Source: Oscillospiraceae bacterium
GTDB lineage: Bacteria > Bacillota > Clostridia > Oscillospirales > CAG-272
DNA: 64,000 bases
Direction of reading: 5' to 3'
NCBI GenBank assembly: GCA_015064685.1
Contig: SVRT01000001.1
Span: 158,560-222,559 of the forward strand
In this document: one piece after another, positions 28,787 through 38,354 of the stretch
Numbering within the stretch: position 1 is the first letter of the stretch
How the letters are laid out: each line of letters begins with the position of its first letter
The notes under the pieces: model-generated
The model's database searches: none
Told to the model about the DNA's origin: nothing
What the model saw: the letters and a program-made list of their open reading frames with translations, nothing else
Program-made: the position numbers and the translations under genes

Positions 28787-30619
28787 TTACTTCTTGAAGC
28801 AAGGACCGTAAGCTGCGCAAGCACGGTAATCCTGTCCTTCCTTATCCATACCGAATGCATTCCAGCAAGCAGGACGGTAGATATCGTCCTCGGGAACGTT
28901 GTGCATGCAAACGGGGATACGGAGCATAGAGCACATTGTGATAAGGTCAGCACCAATGTGACCGTAGGAGATAGCACCGTGGTTTGCACCCCAGTTCATC
29001 ATAACCTCGTAAGCGGTCTTGAAGGGCGAGCCCTCCTTGCCGTCGCAACGAGGAGCGAACCATGTGCAGGGCCAGGTGGGATTTGTTCTTTCCATAAGTG
29101 TATCGGAAACCTCGTCGGGAAGATTAACAGTCCAACCCTCAGCGATCTGAAGGACCGGACCGAGTCCCTTAACGAGATTAAGACGGATCATCGTGCAGGG
29201 CATCTCAGCCTTGGTTGTGTAGTGGCTGGAGAATCCGCCGCCGCGGAAGTTGTCCTGACCTGCCTCGCACCAAACGGTAGCTTCGGTCATCTTCTTGATA
29301 TCCTCGTCTGTAACCTCCCACCATCTCTTCATGGTAGCGTTGCCGTTCTCGTCTGTGCAAACGCCGGAAGCGTCGAGACAAGCGGCACCGGAGTTGAGCA
29401 GGTGAATAATACCGTTGGACTCAGCAGCCTTGCCCTCGAGCTTGTAGCCTGTAACTCTCTCGGTAGCCTCGCCGGACCAGTATGTACGAACGTCAGCAAA
29501 GATCTGCGCACGGTGAGTGAGCAATCTCATCATAAGCATACCCATACCGTTGAGAATATCGTTCTCGGTAGCGAGTGTGTAAGGCTCACGCGCGCCCTCG
29601 TAGTCGAAGGAGGAGGAGAGAAGAGCCTCAGGATAGTCGCAGTTCGGCCAGTGGTCTGTCCACTGTCTCTGACCCTGGAAACCGCCTGCAATTGCGTTAT
29701 GACCAACCTTTTCTTCCTCAAACTTATCGGAAAGGCGGGGATTACCTGCCATAAGGTCCTTGATAATGCAGTACATCTTGACAGTGAATTCCCACTGCTT
29801 TTCTTTTTCTTCGGGAGTGAACTTGATTCTTACCTTTTCGCCAAGGAAGTCAACCTCCTCGGGGTTATCGTCACGACCCTCCTTGCAGTGTTCCTTAGTC
29901 CAAGCAAGAGCCTTCTGGTAGTCCTCTTCGCAGTAGATACCCTCTTCCATACGGCGGAGGATCTCGACCTCGTCAACAGACTCAACTCTCATTCCGAAAT
30001 ATTCCTCTATCATAGACTGATCCATAATAGAGCCGGCAATTCCCATGCACTGAGAGCCGATCTGGAGGTAAGACTTACCTCTCATAGTTGCAACTGCAAC
30101 AGCCGCACGACCGAAGCGGAGGAGCTTTTCCTTTACGTCCTCGGGGATCTCGCTTACCTGGTCTCTGTCCTGAACCTCGTGTCCGTAGATACCGAACGCG
30201 GGAAGACCCTTCTGAGCGTGTCCTGCAAGAACAGCCGCAAGATAGACTGCACCGGGACGCTCTGTTCCGTTAAATCCCCATACACCCTTGATAGTGTTGG
30301 GATCCATATCCATAGTCTCAGAGCCGTAGCACCAGCAGGGAGTAACCGAAAGGGTAATATCAACACCCTCTCTCTTGAACTTTTCAGCGCAAGCCGCAGT
30401 CTCGGGAACACGACCGATACAGGTGTCAGCCATAACTACCTTTACGGGCTCGCCATTAGAGTAGAAAAGATTTTCTTCAAAGAGCTTCTTGGCAGCCTCT
30501 GCCATTGCCCAAACGAGGGGCTCGAGGGATTCGCGCATCATCTGAGGTCCGCGTCTTCCATCAACGATAGGACGGATTCCGATTACAGGGTAGCCGCCGA
30601 TGTACCTTTGCTTTGCCAT
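28787..30619 (-). CDS. fucI: L-fucose isomerase
   Basis: 'IGIRPIVDGR', 'VTPCWCYGSET', 'GFQGQRQWTD', 'ATEND', 'WGANHG'. Confidence 0.96.
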   Translation of the reverse strand: MAKQRYIGGYPVIGIRPIVDGRRGPQMMRESLEPLVWAMAEAAKKLFEENLFYSNGEPVKVVMADTCIGRVPETAACAEKFKREGVDITLSVTPCWCYGSETMDMDPNTIKGVWGFNGTERPGAVYLAAVLAGHAQKGLPAFGIYGHEVQDRDQVSEIPEDVKEKLLRFGRAAVAVATMRGKSYLQIGSQCMGIAGSIMDQSMIEEYFGMRVESVDEVEILRRMEEGIYCEEDYQKALAWTKEHCKEGRDDNPEEVDFLGEKVRIKFTPEEKEKQWEFTVKMYCIIKDLMAGNPRLSDKFEEEKVGHNAIAGGFQGQRQWTDHWPNCDYPEALLSSSFDYEGAREPYTLATENDILNGMGMLMMRLLTHRAQIFADVRTYWSGEATERVTGYKLEGKAAESNGIIHLLNSGAACLDASGVCTDENGNATMKRWWEVTDEDIKKMTEATVWCEAGQDNFRGGGFSSHYTTKAEMPCTMIRLNLVKGLGPVLQIAEGWTVNLPDEVSDTLMERTNPTWPCTWFAPRCDGKEGSPFKTAYEVMMNWGANHGAISYGHIGADLITMCSMLRIPVCMHNVPEDDIYRPACWNAFGMDKEGQDYRACAAYGPCFKK

Positions 30620-30797
30620 AATAAACCTCCAAAATATTATTATTTTTTTATTTTAAAAATCAAGGCATATTTTCACACATACATACTTGAATTATAGTTG
30701 ATTTTATGATAAAATACTTGTATAAAACAAATAAAAACTTGGACGATATTCACTTTTATGCAAAAAATAATGAATATATACATTTTTCAGGACGGTT

Positions 30798-31664
30798 ATG
30801 AAATACAGAGAATACAGAGAAGTCAAGCTTCACGGCTCAAGTGAGTTCCCATTTGAATACTATCTTGTCGACAAAAATCATCCGCATTACGTTATGCCGC
30901 TCCATTGGCATACTAATTTTGAGGTGATCCACGTTATTTCGGGCAAGCTCTCGCTTCATCTTGACAACGTGGAATACATTCTTTCTGCTGATGACGTTGC
31001 TTTTGTCGGTTGCGGAGTTATGCATCGCGCAGAGCCCTGCGATTGTCTTTATGAATGCGCGGTTTTTGACCTGAGCATCATCTCTGGATACAATACTACA
31101 AAGGTGTTCGAATATATAGGTCCGATAATCTCACAAAACGCTGAGGTGGATGCTATCTGTGCTTCTGCAAGCCCTTATGTTATAAGGCTTTTTGAAATTG
31201 CCGCAGGCGAGGAGGAATATTACGAGCTTGAGATCGCCTCGGCTCTCTCCCGTCTTTTATGCGAGCTTTACAGAGCCGAAGCGATAAGAAATATTACCCC
31301 CGATTCTAAGAAGATTTCTCATCGAAGAAGTGTTATGGCACAGCTTATCGATGAGATAGAAAAGAATTACGCGCAAAAGATCACGCTCTCTGACCTTGCC
31401 GAGAGTGCGCAGATAAATGAGAAATATCTCTGCCGGTTTTTTAAGGAATTTACGGGATTTACTCCGATCGACTATATTAACCGTCTCCGTATAGACAAGG
31501 CGTGCTATCAGCTCGCGGTAAACAAAATGAACGTCACGGAGGCTGCGTATGAGTGCGGTTTTAACGAGTTGAGCTATTTTTCAAAGTGCTTTAGGAAATA
31601 TAAGGGGATTTCGCCGGGAGCATATCGTTCGAAATACTTGAAGATAAATACAAAAGAGGTGTAA
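30798..31664 (+). CDS. AraC family regulator (cupin + HTH), divergent from fucI
   Basis: 'PLHWH..FE', C-terminal 'AYECGFNELSYFSKCFRK'. Confidence 0.93.
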   Translation: MKYREYREVKLHGSSEFPFEYYLVDKNHPHYVMPLHWHTNFEVIHVISGKLSLHLDNVEYILSADDVAFVGCGVMHRAEPCDCLYECAVFDLSIISGYNTTKVFEYIGPIISQNAEVDAICASASPYVIRLFEIAAGEEEYYELEIASALSRLLCELYRAEAIRNITPDSKKISHRRSVMAQLIDEIEKNYAQKITLSDLAESAQINEKYLCRFFKEFTGFTPIDYINRLRIDKACYQLAVNKMNVTEAAYECGFNELSYFSKCFRKYKGISPGAYRSKYLKINTKEV

Positions 31665-31666
31665 AT

Positions 31667-32158
31667 ATGTCTGTTATTTTAATTGGAATGCCCTCGTGCG
31701 GCAAAAGCACGCTTGGAGTTTTGCTTGCGAGAGAGCTTGGATACAGCTTTATAGATTCGGATATTCTTATACAGGAGAGCGAAGGTAAGCTTCTTCACGA
31801 GATAATCAGTGAAAAGGGAATAGAAGGCTTTATGGAGACCGAGGACAGAGTTAATTCTGAAATTCAAGAAAAAAAGTCGGTCATTGCGACGGGAGGAAGC
31901 GTTATTTATTGCGACAACGCGATGAAGCATTTGCGCACGCTTGGACAGGTCGTATATCTCAAAATATCCTTTGATGAGATGCGCCGCAGGCTTGGAGATT
32001 ATTCGCACAGGGGAGTGATAATGCGTCACGGAAACGCGCTTGAGGATATGTATGCAGAGCGTGCGCCGTTGTATGAAAAATATGCTGATATTACCGTGGA
32101 CGTAGGCAACACGAATTTTGCAAAAGCACTTGACATTATCTGTGAGGCTGTAAAATGA
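31667..32158 (+). CDS. aroK: Shikimate kinase
   Basis: P-loop 'GMPSCGKST', 'IATGGS', 'ERAPLYEKYAD'. Confidence 0.88.
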   Translation: MSVILIGMPSCGKSTLGVLLARELGYSFIDSDILIQESEGKLLHEIISEKGIEGFMETEDRVNSEIQEKKSVIATGGSVIYCDNAMKHLRTLGQVVYLKISFDEMRRRLGDYSHRGVIMRHGNALEDMYAERAPLYEKYADITVDVGNTNFAKALDIICEAVK

Positions 32159-32706
32159 GCGATAAGAAAAGATGCTTCTGGTGCAATCTCAAAAATCCCG
32201 TCTACGTACAATATCATGACGATGAATGGGGAGAGCCTCGCTTTGATGACAAATATCTATTTGAAATGCTTGTGCTTGAAGGCTTTCAAGCGGGACTTTC
32301 CTGGGAATGCGTTCTCAACAAAAGAGAAGAATTCCGCAAAGCATTCGATAGCTTTGATTGGGTAAAAATTGCTGAGTATTCCGATGAAAAGCTTGAAGAG
32401 CTGTATCAAAACAAGGGAATAATCCGCAACAGACGAAAAATTATCGCGACACGTAAAAATGCCGCGGTATATAGGGATATATTATCGGAATTCGGGTCAT
32501 TTTACCTGTATCTTCGCTCCTTTTGGGATGGGAATACGGTTATTGAAAATGACAAGACCTCGTCGCCTCTGTCAGATGCTATTTCGTGCGACCTGAAAGA
32601 GAGGGGAATGGGCTTTGTCGGCACAACGATCATATATTCCTTTCTTCAGGCGATAGGTATCATTGATTCGCATGACAGTGAATGTTATAAATCAAAACTG
32701 AATTGA
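32155..32706 (+). CDS. tag: DNA-3-methyladenine glycosylase I
   Basis: 'RCFW', 'YHDDEWG', 'EGFQAGLSW', 'H...C' zinc ligands. Confidence 0.95.
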   Translation: MSDKKRCFWCNLKNPVYVQYHDDEWGEPRFDDKYLFEMLVLEGFQAGLSWECVLNKREEFRKAFDSFDWVKIAEYSDEKLEELYQNKGIIRNRRKIIATRKNAAVYRDILSEFGSFYLYLRSFWDGNTVIENDKTSSPLSDAISCDLKERGMGFVGTTIIYSFLQAIGIIDSHDSECYKSKLN

Positions 32707-32780
32707 AAAAAGGCAGAGACTCGGAGCATTTTATTGCATCCATTGTCTCTGCTTATTTAAGTATTTACCTCTTTTTTTGA

Positions 32781-33539
32781 TCAAAGTAGCTCCATTGTGC
32801 TTCGGATTGCCGAATCCATATCGGATTTATCCGGGAATTCCTTATTGGGATCGCGAAGCTTTTCAAACTCGTCAAAATAACGGAGTCCGAATTTATAAAG
32901 ACCGTCTGCGCTGAAATGGAGGTTGTCGGGATTTCCCAAAAGTCCCTCCGCTGATGCGAAGCCTGTCATTTTATTGTTAGCAGCGATCTCCTTGAGAGCG
33001 GAATTCACGTGAACGTAATTTGTGCGGAGCGTCTCCTGCGTGGGAAAGTCCTTCAAGAAGTCTCCGAGACCGCCCAGAATGAATGGAACGTCGTCAAGGG
33101 AGAGATCACGGCGGAAGGATTCCATTACCTTCTCGAAACGAGCGCGATATGTCGTATATCCCCATTCACTGACGTCCGCTTCGCCTTGATGCCAAAGGAC
33201 GCCTGCAATAGTCGAGGTTCTTGACGCTAGCTTTGCCTGATATACTGCGTGATCGTAAAGCAGACCGCCAACTTTCCACTGATCAAGCGAGGTTCCGCCG
33301 TCCGCGCAGGGAATAATGCCTACCTCAACGCCGTATTTTTTCGCGTAAGCCTCGCAGAAGCTTTCTGCCAGACAAGTACCTGAAAAGCTGCGGTCGGGGT
33401 TTACAGGGCGGAACATTTTCTGCCAGCGGCCGTTTCTGAGGACGTGTATGTGTGCGGTGTCAACGGGGATAGCTTCGTTAAGGAATCCTCGTCCCGCCAT
33501 ATTAGACTGTCCGATAAGTAAAAATGAGTGCATTACCAT
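32781..33539 (-). CDS. SASA-domain esterase (sialate O-acetylesterase/CE6-like)
   Basis: 'GQSNMAG', 'WHQGE', 'DNLHF'. Confidence 0.88.
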   Translation of the reverse strand: MVMHSFLLIGQSNMAGRGFLNEAIPVDTAHIHVLRNGRWQKMFRPVNPDRSFSGTCLAESFCEAYAKKYGVEVGIIPCADGGTSLDQWKVGGLLYDHAVYQAKLASRTSTIAGVLWHQGEADVSEWGYTTYRARFEKVMESFRRDLSLDDVPFILGGLGDFLKDFPTQETLRTNYVHVNSALKEIAANNKMTGFASAEGLLGNPDNLHFSADGLYKFGLRYFDEFEKLRDPNKEFPDKSDMDSAIRSTMELL

Positions 33540-33568
33540 TTTGTTGTTCCTTTCTCTATGTAGAATAT

Positions 33569-33595
33569 CAAAGGCGCGCCGTGGCGCGCCTTTTG
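33569..33595 (-). terminator. Terminator after clpX
   Basis: AAAGGCGCGCC-gt-GGCGCGCCTTT. Confidence 0.75.
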
Positions 33596-33608
33596 GTGAT
33601 CTGACAGA

Positions 33609-34955
33609 TTATTGCGCCTCTTTAAGTGTTTCTTCTACAGAGGATTCGGGGAGTGCCATAGCTTTAAGAACAAGCTTAGGAGCAGCCTTTTCTGTTACAC
33701 ATTCCTTTGTAATGATAACCTCCTCAACGTCGTCGCGAGAGGGGATCTCGTACATGATCTTTGTCATAAAGCCCTCAATTATCGAGCGGAGTCCGCGCGC
33801 ACCGGTCTTTCTCTCGGTCGCAAGAGCTGCAATGCTTGTGAGCGCATCGTCGGTAAAGGAAAGCTTTACGTTGTCGATCGCAAAGAGCTTCATATACTGC
33901 TTGAGTACCGCGTTCTTGGGCTCTTTGAGTATGCGAACGAGCGCGTCGTTATCAAGCTCGGTAAGAGATACGATTACGGGAAGTCGTCCTACAAGCTCGG
34001 GAATAAGGCCGAACTTGACTATATCGTGAGCGGTAACGTCACCGAAGATTCCGTCAGCCGTCTTCTCGTCGTTCTTTTCCTCGACGTTTGAGAAGCCGAT
34101 CAGGCGCTTGCCCTTTCTGTTCTCGATTATCTTATCAAGTCCGTCGAATGCACCTCCGCAAATAAAGAGGATATTCTCGGTGTTGATCTTGATAAACTCC
34201 TGGTTGGGATGTTTTCTGCCGCCCTGCGGAGGAACGTTCGCGACTGTACCCTCAAGGATCTTGAGAAGTGCCTGCTGAACACCCTCACCCGATACGTCAC
34301 GGGTGATAGAGCGGTTTTCGCTTTTGCGCGAGATCTTATCTACCTCGTCGATATAAATGATACCTCTCTCCGCAAGCTCGACGTCGTAGTCAGCTGCCTG
34401 AATGAGACGGAGAAGAATGTTCTCAACGTCCTCTCCAACGTATCCCGCCTCGGTGAGTGTGGTAGCGTCTGCGATAGCAAAGGGAACCTTCAAGGTCTTT
34501 GCAAGGGTCTGCGCGAGATATGTCTTACCGACACCGGTGGGACCTAAGAGAAGCACGTTGCTCTTCTGGATCTCAACACCGTCATCGGCAACTGTCTCCT
34601 GCTTTTTGCCGCGGCTCTTTTTTGCGGGAGCTTTTGAAAGGATTCTCTTGTAGTGGTTATATACCGCTACCGAGAGAGCTATCTTCGCTTCCTCCTGACC
34701 GACCACGTGGTCATCGAGAGACTCCTTTATCTGCATAGGCTTCGGAAGGGTCTCAAAGGAGAGGGAGGATGCCTGCTCCTGTCTTACCTCTGCCTCGGTC
34801 TCCTCGATAAGCTCCGCGCAGGACTCTACACAGAAGTCACAGATGTATACGCCCGAGGGGGAAGGGATGAGAAAGTTTACCTGATTTTCATTTCGTCCGC
34901 AGAAGGAACAATAACGCAGATTTGAATTATGCGTCTTTCCACTGTTTGATGCCAT
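33609..34955 (-). CDS. clpX: ATP-dependent Clp protease ATP-binding subunit ClpX
   Basis: Zn finger 'CSFCG...ICDFC', Walker A 'GPTGVGKT', '[10 protein letters not shown]', 'IGF' loop. Confidence 0.98.
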   Translation of the reverse strand: MASNSGKTHNSNLRYCSFCGRNENQVNFLIPSPSGVYICDFCVESCAELIEETEAEVRQEQASSLSFETLPKPMQIKESLDDHVVGQEEAKIALSVAVYNHYKRILSKAPAKKSRGKKQETVADDGVEIQKSNVLLLGPTGVGKTYLAQTLAKTLKVPFAIADATTLTEAGYVGEDVENILLRLIQAADYDVELAERGIIYIDEVDKISRKSENRSITRDVSGEGVQQALLKILEGTVANVPPQGGRKHPNQEFIKINTENILFICGGAFDGLDKIIENRKGKRLIGFSNVEEKNDEKTADGIFGDVTAHDIVKFGLIPELVGRLPVIVSLTELDNDALVRILKEPKNAVLKQYMKLFAIDNVKLSFTDDALTSIAALATERKTGARGLRSIIEGFMTKIMYEIPSRDDVEEVIITKECVTEKAAPKLVLKAMALPESSVEETLKEAQ

Positions 34956-34978
34956 TGTAAATTACCTTTCGTAGACGA

Positions 34979-35584
34979 TTACTCGTGTTTTGTGATGATT
35001 CTATCGATAATGCCGTACTCGAGCGCCTGCTCTGCGGTCATAAAGTTATCTCTGTCGGTGTCCTTTTCGATCTGCTCGATGGGCTTCCCGGTGTTCTCTG
35101 AAAGGATCTTGTTGAGCATATCGCGTGTGCGAAGGATAAGCTCTGCGCGGATCTTGATATCGCTTGCCTGACCCTGCGCGCCGCCCAAAGGCTGATGGAT
35201 CATTATCTCACTGTGGGGGAGAGCGATCCTCTTGCCCTTTGTACCTGCGGAAAGGAGGAACGCGCCCATACTTGCCGCCATACCGATACAGATAGTTGAA
35301 ACGTCACACTTGATGTACTGCATCGTATCATAGATCGCCATACCTGCAGTAACGCTTCCGCCGGGTGAGTTGATGTAGAAGGAGATGTCCTTCGTGGGAT
35401 CCTGCGCTTCAAGGAAGAGCATCTGCGCTACGACGAGAGATGCCGTTGCGTCGTTTACCTCGTCGGAGAGAAATATGATACGGTCGTTAAGAAGTCTTGA
35501 AAAAATGTCGTAGGAGCGCTCGCCTCTGCCTGTCTGCTCGACTACCATAGGAACGAGAGCGTTGCGAATAACGTTGTTATCCAT
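34979..35584 (-). CDS. clpP: Clp protease proteolytic subunit
   Basis: '[11 protein letters not shown]', 'YINSPGG', 'AASMGAFL', 'MIHQP'. Confidence 0.98.
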   Translation of the reverse strand: MDNNVIRNALVPMVVEQTGRGERSYDIFSRLLNDRIIFLSDEVNDATASLVVAQMLFLEAQDPTKDISFYINSPGGSVTAGMAIYDTMQYIKCDVSTICIGMAASMGAFLLSAGTKGKRIALPHSEIMIHQPLGGAQGQASDIKIRAELILRTRDMLNKILSENTGKPIEQIEKDTDRDNFMTAEQALEYGIIDRIITKHE

Positions 35585-35676
35585 AGTTTTTGTGACCTCG
35601 CTTTCATATAGTGTGAAGTATGCGCCGTGAAACCATTTATTGTCCACGGCGCTACCTTATTTATTACCTAAAGTAA

Positions 35677-37074
35677 TTATTCTTCAGTTTTTGTTTCCTC
35701 AGCTACTGCCTCAGCTGCTGCCTCAGCTGCTGCCTCTGCTGCTTCCTCAGCTGCGGGCTCTGCTACCTTCTTCTTTCTGGGCTTTGTTGCCTTCTTGGGA
35801 GCCTTAACGTTCTCCTTTACGACGTTCATAGCCTTTCTTACGGTAACGTCAGCCTTGACCATAGCCTCGTCAACCATCTCTCTTACCTTATCAGCCTCAA
35901 GCTTGTATGTCTCAGCAATGAGATCGTACTCTGCTGCGAGCTCCTCCTCGGTAACTTCAATAGCCTCTGCAGCTGCAACTGCCTCGAGAGCGAGTCTTGC
36001 CTTTACCTGCTTTTCAGCCTGGGGTCTCATCTGCTCACGGAGAGTCTCAAGGGTAAGACCTGTGTACTGGAAGTATGTCTTGAGATCAAGTCCGCTCTGA
36101 CGGAGTCTGTTGTCGTAGTCGCGAACGAAGTTCTCGGTCTCAGCTTCGAACATAGCCTCGGGGATCTCAGCCTCGAGCTTTTCGATAAGAGCGTCGATGA
36201 TCTTCTCCTCAAACTCAGCGTCTGCCTTTGCCTCGTGTCTCTTTTCGATTTTTGCCTTAAGATCTGCCTTATATTCATCGATAGTATCGAATTCGGATAC
36301 GTCCTTAGCAAAATCGTCGTCAAGAGCGGGAAGCTCTACCTTTGTAATAGCGTTGACCTTGCACTTGAAGGTAGCGTCCTTACCTGCAAGCTCCTCTGCG
36401 TGGTAGTCTGCGGGGAAGGGTACGTTTACGTCAAACTCATCGCCGATCTTGTGACCTGCAACCTGCTCCTCGAATCCGGGAATGAAGGAGCCGGAGCCGA
36501 GCTTAAGGGAGTAGTTCTCACCCTTGCCGCCCTCGAAAGCAACACCGTCAACGAAGCCCTCAAAGTCGATCTTTGCAACGTCGCCCATTTCAGCGACGGT
36601 GTCATCCTCAACCTCGATCTCGCGGGAGTTTCTCTCACGAACTGTCTTTATTTCATTCTCGATCTCCTCGTCGGTTACCTTCTCAACGTTCTTTGCGATC
36701 TCGAGACCCTTATAGCCTTCGATCTTGCACTCGGGCTTAACGGGAACGATAGCGGAGAGAACAAGACCGTTATCATCGATAGAAACGATGTCGATCTCGG
36801 GCTGTCCAACTGCCTCGATGCCTGCTTCCTTGAGAGCTGCGGTGTAGTTCTCGGGGATGAGATCGTTGATTGCATCCTCGTAGAATACTCCCTTACCGTA
36901 CATTTTCTCTACGATAGCCTTGGGAGCCTTACCTGCTCTGAAGCCGGGAACGTTGATCTTCTTGACCATTCTGCGATAAACCTTTTCGCAAGCTGCGTCG
37001 AAGACCGCCTTTTCAACCGAGAATTCAAGCTTAAAGGTGCTCTTCTCGGCCTTTTCACATTTTACAAGTGTCAT
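35677..37074 (-). CDS. tig: Trigger factor
   Basis: 'PGFRAGKAP', FKBP domain 'IDFEG...FIPGFEEQ'. Confidence 0.97.
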   Translation of the reverse strand: MTLVKCEKAEKSTFKLEFSVEKAVFDAACEKVYRRMVKKINVPGFRAGKAPKAIVEKMYGKGVFYEDAINDLIPENYTAALKEAGIEAVGQPEIDIVSIDDNGLVLSAIVPVKPECKIEGYKGLEIAKNVEKVTDEEIENEIKTVRERNSREIEVEDDTVAEMGDVAKIDFEGFVDGVAFEGGKGENYSLKLGSGSFIPGFEEQVAGHKIGDEFDVNVPFPADYHAEELAGKDATFKCKVNAITKVELPALDDDFAKDVSEFDTIDEYKADLKAKIEKRHEAKADAEFEEKIIDALIEKLEAEIPEAMFEAETENFVRDYDNRLRQSGLDLKTYFQYTGLTLETLREQMRPQAEKQVKARLALEAVAAAEAIEVTEEELAAEYDLIAETYKLEADKVREMVDEAMVKADVTVRKAMNVVKENVKAPKKATKPRKKKVAEPAAEEAAEAAAEAAAEAVAEETKTEE

Positions 37075-37174
37075 TTTAAAATTCCTCCGGATATTTGATC
37101 CAAATATTATTTACATTTTTAGCTTTTCAAAGCCACAGAAAAAAGGCTTTGGAAAATAATAGCATCACTAATAT

Positions 37175-37203
37175 ATTGTATCGTTTTTTTGATGATTTGT
37201 CAA
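37175..37203 (-). promoter_or_regulatory. sigma-A promoter of tig-clpP-clpX
   Basis: Minus strand TTGACA-17 bp-TACAAT. Confidence 0.75.
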
Positions 37204-37221
37204 GACTTTTTTGCATTTTTA

Positions 37222-37959
37222 TCATATTTTTAAAGGATAAAAGCTCAAAAAATCCGATGAAGTGAGAATGAAAGTGATATTTTCGTGCTCAAACGAGCGC
37301 GGTACGGAATACGCGCCGTGAATATGACCGAAATAAACGCGCTCAATTCCGTATTGCTTAAGCACCTCAAGCATCTCCGTCATGCAGAAATCGTACCATA
37401 CAGGAGGGAAGTGCAAAAACACCTCGATGGGGAGAATATGACCGTTTGTCTCTCGCTCTTCTTCCCGTAGCTTTTTTGCGGCATCAAGGCTGAGCTTGAG
37501 TCTACCTACCTCTCGGTTGACTATCTTTTCGTAATCGACCTCGCCGACGGTCACCTGCTTTGATTCATCGGGGAACCAGCCTCGTGTTCCGCAGACGATC
37601 CTGTCTTCAACGACATAGGCATTATTGTAGAGTATTCTGAGCGTGTCAAAGCCCTTTTCCTCAAAGAATTTATACATTTTTGAGGCGGTTGACCACCAGA
37701 AATCGTGGTTGCCCTTGCCAAGCAGCTTTGTTCCGTTGAGCGAATTGAGAAACTCAAGGTCGCTCTGCGACTCCTCGAGCCTTGTTGCCCAGGATATGTC
37801 TCCCGGAACGATCACGGTGTCCCCGGGCTCGATTACGGAATTCCAATTCCTCTTGATCTTTTGCATGTAATCCTGCCAACGGTCGCCAAAGACCTCCATC
37901 GACTTGTTCTTTGACAGGTCGGTGGAGAGATGAAGATCCGAAAGCACGAAAATTGCCAT
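37222..37959 (-). CDS. Calcineurin-like metallophosphoesterase
   Basis: 'SDLH', 'GDISW', 'GNHD', 'FGHIH'. Confidence 0.9.
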   Translation of the reverse strand: MAIFVLSDLHLSTDLSKNKSMEVFGDRWQDYMQKIKRNWNSVIEPGDTVIVPGDISWATRLEESQSDLEFLNSLNGTKLLGKGNHDFWWSTASKMYKFFEEKGFDTLRILYNNAYVVEDRIVCGTRGWFPDESKQVTVGEVDYEKIVNREVGRLKLSLDAAKKLREEERETNGHILPIEVFLHFPPVWYDFCMTEMLEVLKQYGIERVYFGHIHGAYSVPRSFEHENITFILTSSDFLSFYPLKI

Positions 37960-38108
37960 AATTAACCTCTTGAATAATTGTAATTATCCGACTTAAGTCG
38001 GGCATAATATATGTGTCGGCACAAAGCCGAAGATTCTGTGGGAAATCCTTTTTCGGCTTTTGTGAGTCGGGAGAAGATTTTCCCGATTTTGAAAGGGTGG
38101 TCATTCAA

Positions 38109-38294
38109 ATGAACGATTGTACTACTAAGAGATGTGGCGACAAGCACATCAAGGGCATCAATTGCTCTGTTAAGAACTGCACTTATCACGATGGAGAATG
38201 CTATTGCACTGCGGAGCACATCAACGTAGGTCCTTCCAGCGCGACATCTTCTTCGGACACGATCTGTGCAACCTTCAAGCCCGAAAACAGATAA
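38109..38294 (+). CDS. Small Cys-rich DUF1540 protein
   Basis: 'INCSVKNCTYH...CTAEHINV...TICATF'; RBS GGGTGG upstream. Confidence 0.8.
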   Translation: MNDCTTKRCGDKHIKGINCSVKNCTYHDGECYCTAEHINVGPSSATSSSDTICATFKPENR

Positions 38295-38354
38295 CATCTG
38301 TCCGGGCTCAAAAAAGAGAATTCTTTCCCCTTGCTGTGCGAGGGGTTTTCTTTT

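Noticed and set aside
28901-30697. 598-aa ORF antisense to fucI
   Set aside because: In-register antisense shadow of a codon-biased gene; no recognisable domain
35695-35760. 12-bp GCTGCTGCCTCA-like repeats
   Set aside because: Encode the low-complexity Ala/Glu tail of trigger factor
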